IMG/VR virus record: IMGVR_UViG_3300044729_003129
Location: 32,001 to 96,000 of that record
DNA: 64,000 bases
Strand: one strand, 5' to 3'
Origin: a virus
The notes beneath the pieces are model-generated. The model searched no databases. It saw nothing but the letters and a program-made list of their open reading frames with translations, and was not told the DNA's origin. A program made the position numbers and the translations under genes. How positions within the stretch are numbered: position 1 is the first letter of the stretch; every line of letters starts with the position of its first letter. Shown here piece by piece: positions 9,999 to 18,924 of this stretch.

Positions 9999-11141
9999 TT
10001 AGTTGTTAGCGATGCTACTTTTTACCTTTGAGAGTACGCTTGTATCACCAGTTACAATTGCAATAAGTGATTGAAATGTTGAATTTATAAGATCTTTTTG
10101 TGGCATTGACAGCGGTTTGTCTGCGTCAAGTGCACGCATAGCAAGTACGAGTTTAGGAAGTTCTTCTCTTGATACAAGTCCAGTAGAAGCAAGTTGCTTA
10201 AAGCGGGTCATATCAACCTCTTCGTTTACTTCTTCATACTCATCTGCATCAACTGTGACTTCATATTTTTTATCTACGGTTTCATAGAGATCATCAAGTG
10301 CTAAATAGATTGCTGTAATACTTTCGCGCGTTTCAGAATCGATTTCATCGAGGTTAGAGAGAGTCTCATATAATTCATCTGCCATTTCACAAATGTCTTC
10401 TAGTTCTGATAGTGCTTCTCCGGTTGGATCAACTTCTTCATCTTCAGTACTTTCGCTGTAAAAATCTTCTCGATCAAATTCTGCTTTCGTTTTATCGAGC
10501 GCCTTAAGAGCAGCATTATAGTCAGAGAATATTTGCGAATCTGCACCGCGATAGACTATTGCATATGGGTGAGTCTCATCGTCCAAGACCATAAAAAATA
10601 GATTTATCCAAACCCGGGGACGAGTTGACACACCATAGATATGCTGAATCTTTCCCTTTGTTATGTTTTTAATGCCAAAAAAATGACCAGCAAATTTATT
10701 AACTGGAGCCTCAACAAATCCGCGCTTTTTAAGTGCTTTAACCAAAGTGGCATCAACTTTGACCTGCTCATATATAGCATCTGTTTCGTCATCGGACTGC
10801 TCTTCTTTGATGGTACGCATACGCTTCATGAGTGCCTTAGTGACATCATTTAACTTGGCATAGCTTTCAGTGCCGTCACGATCAATGATACGCCATGGAA
10901 GACGATCGTCATACATAACTGCAAAAAAGATGTCTGCCCATTTTCCAGCACGCATTGGAATGCCCCAAAGTTCTTCTACTTTTCCACGATTAGGTCCTGG
11001 TTTGTATGTAGAAGGCCCGATTGGAGCCTTTTCAAAACCCAAAGATTTTAGTGTAGAAATAAATACCTTATATTCTGCCATCATGCGACCGAGCAGCTCG
11101 TCACCAGATGATTCGTTTAAAATTTCGTTTAATGATTTCAT
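9999..11141 (-). CDS. Putative internal head protein (multi-module, acidic)
   Basis: MKSLNEILNE leader; internal duplication LGFEKAP/RGFVEAP...W.DIFF/W.NLFF; several I/V-x-E sites. Confidence 0.55.
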   Translation of the reverse strand: MKSLNEILNESSGDELLGRMMAEYKVFISTLKSLGFEKAPIGPSTYKPGPNRGKVEELWGIPMRAGKWADIFFAVMYDDRLPWRIIDRDGTESYAKLNDVTKALMKRMRTIKEEQSDDETDAIYEQVKVDATLVKALKKRGFVEAPVNKFAGHFFGIKNITKGKIQHIYGVSTRPRVWINLFFMVLDDETHPYAIVYRGADSQIFSDYNAALKALDKTKAEFDREDFYSESTEDEEVDPTGEALSELEDICEMADELYETLSNLDEIDSETRESITAIYLALDDLYETVDKKYEVTVDADEYEEVNEEVDMTRFKQLASTGLVSREELPKLVLAMRALDADKPLSMPQKDLINSTFQSLIAIVTGDTSVLSKVKSSIANN

Positions 11142-12097
11142 GCTTGTTGAATATACTTATTAAAGGCTTCTTTTAGTTCTACAATTGAAGAATAGCTTGG
11201 TGATGTGGATGCATACTCATAGAGTGCATCCATGTCTTTGCTGCCAGTAGCAAGTGAAACTATCTTCATTAGACGAAGAGTGTCTAAACCTATTTCAGTC
11301 TCTTCCTTGATTGGATAGCCAACTTGTGCAGTCTTTTTGGTCTTTACAATCTTTAGCTTTGAAGGATGCTCACTTGAAATTGGTGGAAGGTGAGCGCTGC
11401 GTATGCTACGCTTTGCGCCGTCTTCGCTTGATGAGGTTGCAACTACTGTGCCGTCTGTAGTGTCTACTACAGCATAGAGTTCGCGCATTTCATCAATTTG
11501 TGTAGACTCTTTACGAGTTTTCTTACGAGATTTCATCATCAACTCATAGGTACGTCCATCATAACCGTTCTTTGCCCATAATTCATGTTCATCATTGGTT
11601 AGACCTTTCATAAGGTCAGCAATTGCTTTCCAATTTTCTGTATCGATATATCGATTGATTTGACTTGCTGATACTGTGCTTTCTTCAAGTCCAACCTCTT
11701 CTTTTTTAATATGAAAACTTTTATATTTTTCCCAAGCAGCCTTTATTTGTGCATCGTTATGATTTGGATACATCTTCTTATGTTGCTTTTCAAAGTCAAC
11801 ATAGTTTGTAATTACTGCTTCTTCTATACTCTCATTGCGTTGAGCAGCATAGTATGCTCCGAGTGCCATATTGATGCGTTCTTTTTTTGACTTTCCGGAG
11901 AAGCGGGAGTTGTCGCTGTTAATAAAATCACGAATCCAATCTCCGACTGGATCACTCTTTTTTAGTATTTCAGATAAACTTTTAGTTTTCATATATTGTT
12001 GTATGCTTTGCCCAGGTGTGTCTTTTATATATTTATACAATAGGCCTTTTGTGCCCTCAAAGCCGGCACCATATTCTTCATCGAGTTCCAAATTCAT
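11138..12097 (-). CDS. Putative internal head protein (modular)
   Basis: YIKDTPGQ and WIRDFINSDN..F.GKSKKERINMALGAYY modules separated by IEE/LEE/IDE sites. Confidence 0.55.
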   Translation of the reverse strand: MNLELDEEYGAGFEGTKGLLYKYIKDTPGQSIQQYMKTKSLSEILKKSDPVGDWIRDFINSDNSRFSGKSKKERINMALGAYYAAQRNESIEEAVITNYVDFEKQHKKMYPNHNDAQIKAAWEKYKSFHIKKEEVGLEESTVSASQINRYIDTENWKAIADLMKGLTNDEHELWAKNGYDGRTYELMMKSRKKTRKESTQIDEMRELYAVVDTTDGTVVATSSSEDGAKRSIRSAHLPPISSEHPSKLKIVKTKKTAQVGYPIKEETEIGLDTLRLMKIVSLATGSKDMDALYEYASTSPSYSSIVELKEAFNKYIQQA

Positions 12098-13160
12098 GAC
12101 CTGCTACTCTTTGCATTTGTGCTTTAAATTCTTCGAAATCTGGTTTGTCTTTGTAATATTTAATTGTACGTGAAGAGTCATCTTTGCCCTTTATTCTCCA
12201 TTTATAACCAGCTTCTAAACGATCTGGTTTGGTAACCTTTACAACTCGACGCTCATAACCAGCCTCCCATGTTTCTTCGTCGAGCATCAACTTTTCTCGT
12301 ATGTCATGTATAAAAAATTTAACTTGTTTGTCTTCAGTTTCATTTACACATGTCACATAATTAGGACCACGACTGGCAATCTTATATTCTGTGTTGTCTT
12401 TTATTGCCACTACAGAGTCTCCAATGTTGTATATTTCTCCAGAGATATAACGTTCACGAGTTTCGCTTAATGTATCAAACTGAACGTGTTTTCTAAAACT
12501 ATGACTTTCTTTTAGTCCCATGCCTTTGCGCACTGCATTAAAAAGATCCTTTACGTCGCCGTATGTCTTTGGCACGCCCTTTGCAAAAGTTTCAAGATCA
12601 TTGTCTGCTGCTGCGCTTCTCATCTTGCTAGCACTAACGGCAAAGGTACTTGCACCAGTACGGCTGTCAATATCAGGATCACGTTGACCAGTTGATACAA
12701 TGTTTATGCCATCAGGAAATTTATAATAGCCATGCGTGCCCTTTACGCCGTCATATTTACGAAGCAATGCCTTAAACTCTTCAACACGATCGCTACCAAC
12801 AGCAACTGTAAAGCGAGTATAACCTTCATCATATGCACTTGTTGCTATGTCAAATACATTTTTAACAGACCGATCTAATATAATATTGCGACCATATTGT
12901 GGAAACATTTTACGCATAAATTTAATCTTTTCCTCATAACCCAAAGGATTTTTCTTTGGATCTTCACTTTGAGATGCGTATATTCTAAATGGTTTACCTT
13001 TTGCAAGTTTTGCTATGGCTTCAATATTTTCTTCATGGCCGCGTGTAGGCGGATTAAAACGGCCAAAAGAAACTATAATTTCAGAAGTCTTTTCTTCAGT
13101 GTATGTCTTAAATGATTTTAAGTGAACTCCCATAATTTTATTTTTTTCTAAATCGTGCAA
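12078..13160 (-). CDS. Cytidyltransferase-like (HIGH-family) nucleotidyltransferase
   Basis: FGRFNPPTRGH, KNPL, VGSDRV, SASKMR; LKSFKTYTEE leader. Confidence 0.85.
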   Translation of the reverse strand: MHDLEKNKIMGVHLKSFKTYTEEKTSEIIVSFGRFNPPTRGHEENIEAIAKLAKGKPFRIYASQSEDPKKNPLGYEEKIKFMRKMFPQYGRNIILDRSVKNVFDIATSAYDEGYTRFTVAVGSDRVEEFKALLRKYDGVKGTHGYYKFPDGINIVSTGQRDPDIDSRTGASTFAVSASKMRSAAADNDLETFAKGVPKTYGDVKDLFNAVRKGMGLKESHSFRKHVQFDTLSETRERYISGEIYNIGDSVVAIKDNTEYKIASRGPNYVTCVNETEDKQVKFFIHDIREKLMLDEETWEAGYERRVVKVTKPDRLEAGYKWRIKGKDDSSRTIKYYKDKPDFEEFKAQMQRVAGHEFGTR

Positions 13161-13824
13161 CTTCCTTTGCCCGTACTTGTGTTAATAACTTTGCTGCTAA
13201 AGAATTTATAAGATTTTTTTGTTTTGACAGCGCCTTTTCAACTCGTGAACGTGCAGCATATGATACTTCACTTTTGCTCTTGCCTCCAAGTAAACGTTTA
13301 GCTAGTTGGTTACGAGCTGCACGACGTGCACGAGCTTTTAATACTTCATTTGATGCGCGACGGCGTTTTGCCCGCTCGCGACCAACCTTTATGCGACTCT
13401 TGAGTCGACGCATAGCTGCACGGCGTGCCATACGCTGCTGAATAGTTAATACTTCAACAATTGTTTCTTCCTTTAGCATTTGCAACACACTATCACGAGC
13501 ATTAGTCAATATTCCTATTTTGTTGAGTGTGTCTTTTGTTTTTTCAGCAGACTTTAATTTTTTAAGTTCGTCATTAATTCTACGAAGTTCTGCATTCAAC
13601 TCATGTTTTGACATAGTATCATAGACAGACTCTTCTATGTCATGACAGTCACAGTCACAGTCACAGTCTGCTGGACACTCACATTCTGGGTCCTCTTCAC
13701 TGATCATCCAATCTCGTTTGCGTTTTTTGTATGCAGTGATCATAATGTCAAGCGGATCATAGTTATATGAGCCATCTGTAGGGTCAACTGTTAGTAGATC
13801 TTTGAGTCTTACTTCTTTTTTCAT
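13138..13824 (-). CDS. Prohead-core-like protein with Cys/Asp tract and very basic C-terminus
   Basis: CECPADCDCDCDCH; R/K-rich last ~105 aa. Confidence 0.55.
   Translation of the reverse strand: MKKEVRLKDLLTVDPTDGSYNYDPLDIMITAYKKRKRDWMISEEDPECECPADCDCDCDCHDIEESVYDTMSKHELNAELRRINDELKKLKSAEKTKDTLNKIGILTNARDSVLQMLKEETIVEVLTIQQRMARRAAMRRLKSRIKVGRERAKRRRASNEVLKARARRAARNQLAKRLLGGKSKSEVSYAARSRVEKALSKQKNLINSLAAKLLTQVRAKEVARFRKK
13645..13668. repeat. (ACAGTC)x4 tandem repeat encoding Asp-Cys
   Basis: Seen directly. Confidence 0.9.
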
Positions 13825-13845
13825 ATGCAGATTATATATTTATAC

Positions 13846-14292
13846 TTATTTACCCTTATGCTGCGCCCACAGGTCAGCATCTGTAGTCTTTTGAGTAGGT
13901 CCACCCATAATAAAGCTGTTGACGCGAGCATATGCCCACTGGTGCTGTGAGGCTCCTGGCCGATGACCAGTTTTCCATGCAGCCATGCCGCGATCAAATA
14001 CTTTTTTAAGAATGTTGTATGCTATGCCAGTCTTTTCTGCTTTCTTTTGAAGTGCACTTGTTTCTGATTCTTCAAGCTCTTCTCCGTATTTGTCGGCATA
14101 TGCCTGCGTCCATTTAGATGTTTTTGTATCGGCGCGTGCATCTCCAGGCGCAGGTTTGTATGCGTCTGCGTCATCATCACTCATACGGGTCTGACGATTA
14201 AAATGAGCGCTTCGTTTATCAGACGTACTCTTTGACAAGCCTCTATAATAGGCATTATTCTCCAATAAAAATTCTTTAAATGATTGCATCAT
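13846..14292 (-). CDS. Conserved virion-associated protein
   Basis: MQSFKEFLLE; RGMAAWKTGHRPGASQHQWAYARVNSF. Confidence 0.7.
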   Translation of the reverse strand: MMQSFKEFLLENNAYYRGLSKSTSDKRSAHFNRQTRMSDDDADAYKPAPGDARADTKTSKWTQAYADKYGEELEESETSALQKKAEKTGIAYNILKKVFDRGMAAWKTGHRPGASQHQWAYARVNSFIMGGPTQKTTDADLWAQHKGK

Positions 14293-14918
14293 GATGGTGT
14301 TGCTGTAAAGTTTGTCATATATTGATCATCAGTATAGCTAACTTTTGTGTTTTCTACACTGTATATATTGCTATCAATCTTATATCCTGGATTGCATGTT
14401 ATAGGCTCATCACTCCATGCTTTGTCATGCCACAAGATTCGATTGTTTGGATATGCATAAAAATGACCACTGTCCGCTTTAAAAAGATGAGCGCACTTGT
14501 GTTCGCTTGTCTCTGAAAAGTTTGTGTCTAATACCCCTTTATTTTCCCAAGCCCAATCAAGAGTAAAGAGATATTCACCCCAGACTTTAGCAGTCGATGG
14601 AGTTATAAGTTCTGCTCTCAAACCCCTAAAGCGAGAGCGAATAGAAACATCAATATACGGACTAAAGCAGTCCCAGTAGACGAGTTCTTCGAGTGGAAGC
14701 GGATCGCACTCTTTCCAACAAAATGCTGAGAGTGGGCGACGAGTCCAGTTTACACCATTTGACAAGAATGCTTCAAAGAGTGGAACACGATTTTCAATAG
14801 AAGCTACTGAGTGTATATTGACAGGAGTATATTCGCCATGACCCTTTTCATGATTAAAAAGATATTCGTTTCTTATGAAACATGTGATATTCGGAGTGTT
14901 ATGATTTAAGTATGGCAT
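14289..14918 (-). CDS. Conserved phage hypothetical protein
   Basis: YLNHN.P, WDCFS, YLFTLDW, EHKCAH, YPNNR. Confidence 0.65.
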   Translation of the reverse strand: MPYLNHNTPNITCFIRNEYLFNHEKGHGEYTPVNIHSVASIENRVPLFEAFLSNGVNWTRRPLSAFCWKECDPLPLEELVYWDCFSPYIDVSIRSRFRGLRAELITPSTAKVWGEYLFTLDWAWENKGVLDTNFSETSEHKCAHLFKADSGHFYAYPNNRILWHDKAWSDEPITCNPGYKIDSNIYSVENTKVSYTDDQYMTNFTATPS

Positions 14919-14921
14919 CGC

Positions 14922-16160
14922 TTATCTCTCCCAACCCTTTATTATATTTGGATCAAAGTTATTCTTAGAGAAGGTCATTCGGTCGACAAGCTTGACCACA
15001 TTTTGTTTTATATGATCATTGATAGCAAAGCCTTCCTGCCCTGTTACTCTAAAACCGTCAGTAGTACGCACAAACGTTGACATCTTTTTAAGTGTTTCAA
15101 GTTTGCGTATTATAATAAGTTTTGCTTCAACAATAGCGTTTTGTAATGCATAGACAAGTTCTAGATTTTTCTTGTTTTCGTCAGAGAAAAACTTTAAAAA
15201 CTCATCACGTTTAGCAGTCGCACTTGCTTTGCCAGCTTCACTCTTTTTAGATTCAATGTCTTTTGCATATTTGTCATTTATCCATGCAAGAAGATTGCGA
15301 ACATGAGCAGAGGTATCGATTATAGTTTCACCGCGTCGCACGAGTGTGTTGTTGAATGTTTCAAGAGTCTGTGCAAGTGATTGATCTGACTCGATCTCAC
15401 GAAGAGTTGAACCACTAATCTTTTGAAAGAGCGACCCTGCTTTTGATAGAGTCGTTGTTAACTCTTCAGTCTCCTTTGCGGTTAGAGTAGCTTTGCCTGA
15501 AAGATCACGTATGTATGTGTCTGAAAACCATACACTAGACGTCTTTTTAAGAGTGCCTGAATCAAAACCATATGATGCCTTCATGGTCTCAAATGAATTT
15601 CCAGAGTATTGTGTATGAAACATTACACCAATCTTTGATGCCTTTATAGTTTTTGCAAGAGTGCTGTCAGCCGGAATTGCATAGACAATTGTGTTTGGTT
15701 GAAATGTAAGATATTCAACACCGTCAAAACGTTCTGTCTTTAAATCTTTTTGTGTATAGGCAAGATCTCCTTGCAATACTCCTTTAATGCCTAGTTTTTT
15801 AAATTCATTAAATGCTACAGTTAATTTTTCTGCAAGATCACCGCTCGTATCAGCCTTAATATCACGCTCGCTCTTATAGACTTTTGGATTTTTGTTAAAG
15901 ATACCTTTCTTGGCGACAAAAAATGCTCCATCACTTGGATCAGTTCCAACAAATATTGCTGGAGCGCCGTCAAACTTTGCAGCAACATCATATGACTGTG
16001 GACTGTTTCCAGCTAACATGTCTCTCATACTGCGTAATGCAATGATTGCTTCACGAGCGCCCTTTACACCGCCATAGAGCACTTGATCCTCAATATGAAC
16101 CATATGAAGATTTTTACCTTCCGTACTTGCTTCTGTTATGTATTGTTTAAATGTTTTCAT
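14922..16160 (-). CDS. ATP-dependent ligase-like (RNA-ligase fold) protein with CTS-like leader
   Basis: KFDGAP (motif I), QGD, EGFAI (IV), VKLV (V); MKTFKQYITE. Confidence 0.6.
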   Translation of the reverse strand: MKTFKQYITEASTEGKNLHMVHIEDQVLYGGVKGAREAIIALRSMRDMLAGNSPQSYDVAAKFDGAPAIFVGTDPSDGAFFVAKKGIFNKNPKVYKSERDIKADTSGDLAEKLTVAFNEFKKLGIKGVLQGDLAYTQKDLKTERFDGVEYLTFQPNTIVYAIPADSTLAKTIKASKIGVMFHTQYSGNSFETMKASYGFDSGTLKKTSSVWFSDTYIRDLSGKATLTAKETEELTTTLSKAGSLFQKISGSTLREIESDQSLAQTLETFNNTLVRRGETIIDTSAHVRNLLAWINDKYAKDIESKKSEAGKASATAKRDEFLKFFSDENKKNLELVYALQNAIVEAKLIIIRKLETLKKMSTFVRTTDGFRVTGQEGFAINDHIKQNVVKLVDRMTFSKNNFDPNIIKGWER

Positions 16161-16161
16161 A

Positions 16162-16908
16162 TTAGAATGTTATGATGTCACGATTGCTCGCTGGTTTGTC
16201 TGTGACGACTATTCGGCCAGCACTATCACCTCGTGATGGTGATTTGCTGTAGATTTTTGGTGTGCCGTTTGGATATTTCGCGGTTGGATCAAACGTCTGA
16301 TCTTCGCGGCGACCCCGCAGTCTAAAATACAGGTCATGACTGTCTGCATACTTTTCGGCTGAAGTAAGTTTTCCATTTACTGTCAAGACTCCGTCATTGA
16401 ATTTTGACTGTACATTCATAGGACCAATATACATATAATCAATTGGGCCTCCCATGGCTAAATTTCCAACTACAAGCAGTTTTTTATCGGCGTCGTTTAG
16501 AACGCCATAAGTATCTGGAACTTTTTGATCAGCTTTTAATTTATTTTTAAGGTGTTTTTTATACGCAGAAGCATAGAATCTATAGCCGATTCCAGGTATA
16601 ATCTCTTCAATACCTCGTAATCCTCCGCCAGCAAGTGAAGGAGCGCTCTCGCCCTTCATAGAAATGTTTACAAATGTTCCATTCTTTAAAAATAACTGAA
16701 CGTCAGTATACGGTTCTGATCCACTTGATTGGCGACCAGAATATTTTTCTGCATTGACCACGTTTTTTATATAAGAGTCGTCACTTTTAACAGTTATCGA
16801 TTGCCCACCATTCTTTTTAACTGCAGATTTTACTGCCTTAACAAAGGATGATTCTTGACGCTCAGCTGATATACCAGCTTCTGTAATATATTCTTTAAAG
16901 CTTTTCAT
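16162..16908 (-). CDS. Putative PD-(D/E)XK-like nuclease with CTS-like leader
   Basis: MKSFKEYITE; PYTDV...ISMK. Confidence 0.45.
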   Translation of the reverse strand: MKSFKEYITEAGISAERQESSFVKAVKSAVKKNGGQSITVKSDDSYIKNVVNAEKYSGRQSSGSEPYTDVQLFLKNGTFVNISMKGESAPSLAGGGLRGIEEIIPGIGYRFYASAYKKHLKNKLKADQKVPDTYGVLNDADKKLLVVGNLAMGGPIDYMYIGPMNVQSKFNDGVLTVNGKLTSAEKYADSHDLYFRLRGRREDQTFDPTAKYPNGTPKIYSKSPSRGDSAGRIVVTDKPASNRDIITF

Positions 16909-16917
16909 ATCAATAAT

Positions 16918-17667
16918 TCATTGGAAACACGATAAATTTAAATTTTTTGTAATTATTCTAACACTTTTTCCATCAACTGGTGCAATATTAAACGGCGATT
17001 TATGTGAAGCTGGAATTGAAAATTGCATTTCAAACGTAAATTGATAATTATTTGATCCCTTATATTGTACTCTAGCTCTGTACGTTGATTTAGCTGCACT
17101 TCCAAATCTTGGCAATCCCTTTAACTTTAATGGGTTTTTTGACCCAAGTAAATAAAAACCGTGTGTGCCTACATTTACATAATATGTTTTCTTTGTATTA
17201 TAATAATTTTCAATTTCAGATGCTTGTATTTCACCTTTAATGTCTGGAAATGTTGCTAAATCGCGTTCATATCTTTCTCTAGGAGTCAATTTTCCAGCTG
17301 TCGCTAACCAAATATCATCTTTATCGCGTTTAAATGGAATTTCTTTCCAAGTTTTTTTAATCATAGAAAACAAACCTACTTGTTTTGCTAAATTAGATAT
17401 AAATATTTTTTCACCATCGTCATCTGAAATTTTTCCAAATTTCCATGGATTGGTTTTATCTAAAATATCATATTTGAGGACAAGAGAACCTGCAGACGCA
17501 GCAGTTATCTTTAATTCACAGCCTGTTGTTATTCCCTTATGAACTAAAGCCAAATCCGGTTGATCGCTTCCAGCACCAGCTGGTGTAAATCCTTTAGGAA
17601 CAATTCCATATTTTTTTAATAGAGTTGCCGTATTTTTTTCATATTCAAACCCCTGTTGTGCTGCCAT
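16918..17667 (-). CDS. Putative restriction-endonuclease-like PD-(D/E)XK nuclease
   Basis: GFEYE, QPDL...CELK; AT-rich; own late promoter at 17675-17682. Confidence 0.55.
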   Translation of the reverse strand: MAAQQGFEYEKNTATLLKKYGIVPKGFTPAGAGSDQPDLALVHKGITTGCELKITAASAGSLVLKYDILDKTNPWKFGKISDDDGEKIFISNLAKQVGLFSMIKKTWKEIPFKRDKDDIWLATAGKLTPRERYERDLATFPDIKGEIQASEIENYYNTKKTYYVNVGTHGFYLLGSKNPLKLKGLPRFGSAAKSTYRARVQYKGSNNYQFTFEMQFSIPASHKSPFNIAPVDGKSVRIITKNLNLSCFQ

Positions 17668-17673
17668 ATCTAT

Positions 17674-18138
17674 CTATTTATACTCTTTCAACAATGAACA
17701 GTTTTCAAAAAATGCCATATAGAGTTCAAGTTCGTATTCATCCGCTTCCTTTTCCCACGGAGCAGAGTCATAGTCATATTCTGAACAGTAGACTCCTTTC
17801 CATCGGGCACCTTCGTTGTCGCCGCTATAAAGGACAAGCTCTCTTCGAACATACTGCTTAAGATGAACCATTTCATGTGCTAGTATCGTTAACATGAGAT
17901 GATATGAATCACTTTTATTGAGTCTTACAATATAGTCAATGTCTGGTTCATCGACTCCACATTGACAACAGTCACCATGCACACGTTCAGATTCTGACAA
18001 ATTATCAATAAGTTGAATTACTATGCGTATCTTTCGAATGCGTGGACACAGTGTTTTTAGATAAAAATATGCAGCATTTTTTATAAGATTGTAAAGGCGG
18101 CGGTCACGTCTGGCGCCATGTACCTTGATACTTATCAT
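17674..18138 (-). CDS. Zinc metallopeptidase-like protein
   Basis: LAHEMVHLKQ and PWEKEA; start taken at MISIK. Confidence 0.75.
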   Translation of the reverse strand: MISIKVHGARRDRRLYNLIKNAAYFYLKTLCPRIRKIRIVIQLIDNLSESERVHGDCCQCGVDEPDIDYIVRLNKSDSYHLMLTILAHEMVHLKQYVRRELVLYSGDNEGARWKGVYCSEYDYDSAPWEKEADEYELELYMAFFENCSLLKEYK

Positions 18139-18209
18139 TCTAAAGCTACTTATAAAAAAACTGGGATCCCTAAAATAGAGGTCTAGCATGATTGAGACTT
18201 ACGCGGTTT

Positions 18210-18217
18210 TATAAATA
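18210..18217 (+). promoter_or_regulatory. Late promoter TATAAATA for the antisense GIY-YIG gene
   Basis: 5 nt before ATG at 18223. Confidence 0.7.
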
Positions 18218-18222
18218 TAATT

Positions 18223-18924
18223 ATGTATTATTATCTATATAAAATCACAAATATGACCAATAATAATATCTATATTGGTGTTCATAGCACAGCAGATTTA
18301 AATGATGGTTACTTTGGGTCTGGTAAACGTTTAATATATGCTATTAAAAAATACGGAAAGAATATATTTAAAAAAGAAATCCTTGAATTTTTTAATTCTT
18401 CAGAAGAAATGTTTGATGCTGAACGCAGAACAGTAAATGAAGAATTTGTCAAAAGATCTGACACATATAATATTAAAGAAGGGGGAAGAGGAAATACTAG
18501 TAACGGAAGTAAAGTTTTATGGGAAAATGAGGAATATAGACAAAAAGTTTTAGAAAGATCATTTTCAAAGTTTTGGGATAATCCAGAACATAAAGAAAAA
18601 TTACGAGAAGTACAAAAAACTGAAAAATACAAGGAAAAATTAAGTGCTGCAACTAAAATTAGTGCAAATAGACCAGATAAAATATTACGTACATCAGAAA
18701 CATCTAAAGAAAGATGGAAAGACGAATCATATCGTAAAAATATGTCGATCAAGACAGCTAATTTTATGAAAGGAACTAGGTATATTCACAATTTATCTTT
18801 AGAACAAAATAAAAAGGTATCAAGCAATGAACTTGATACCTTTTTAAATAAAGGTTGGGTTTTAGGATTAAATCTAAAGTTTAGCAAAAAACTGAAGAAG
18901 CAACGTGAAGAGCAGCAAGACTAA
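18223..18924 (+). mobile_element. Free-standing GIY-YIG homing endonuclease (Seg-like)
   Basis: YLYKITN..NNIYIGVH, YFGSG, YNIKEGG; AT-rich; antisense to neighbours. Confidence 0.85.
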
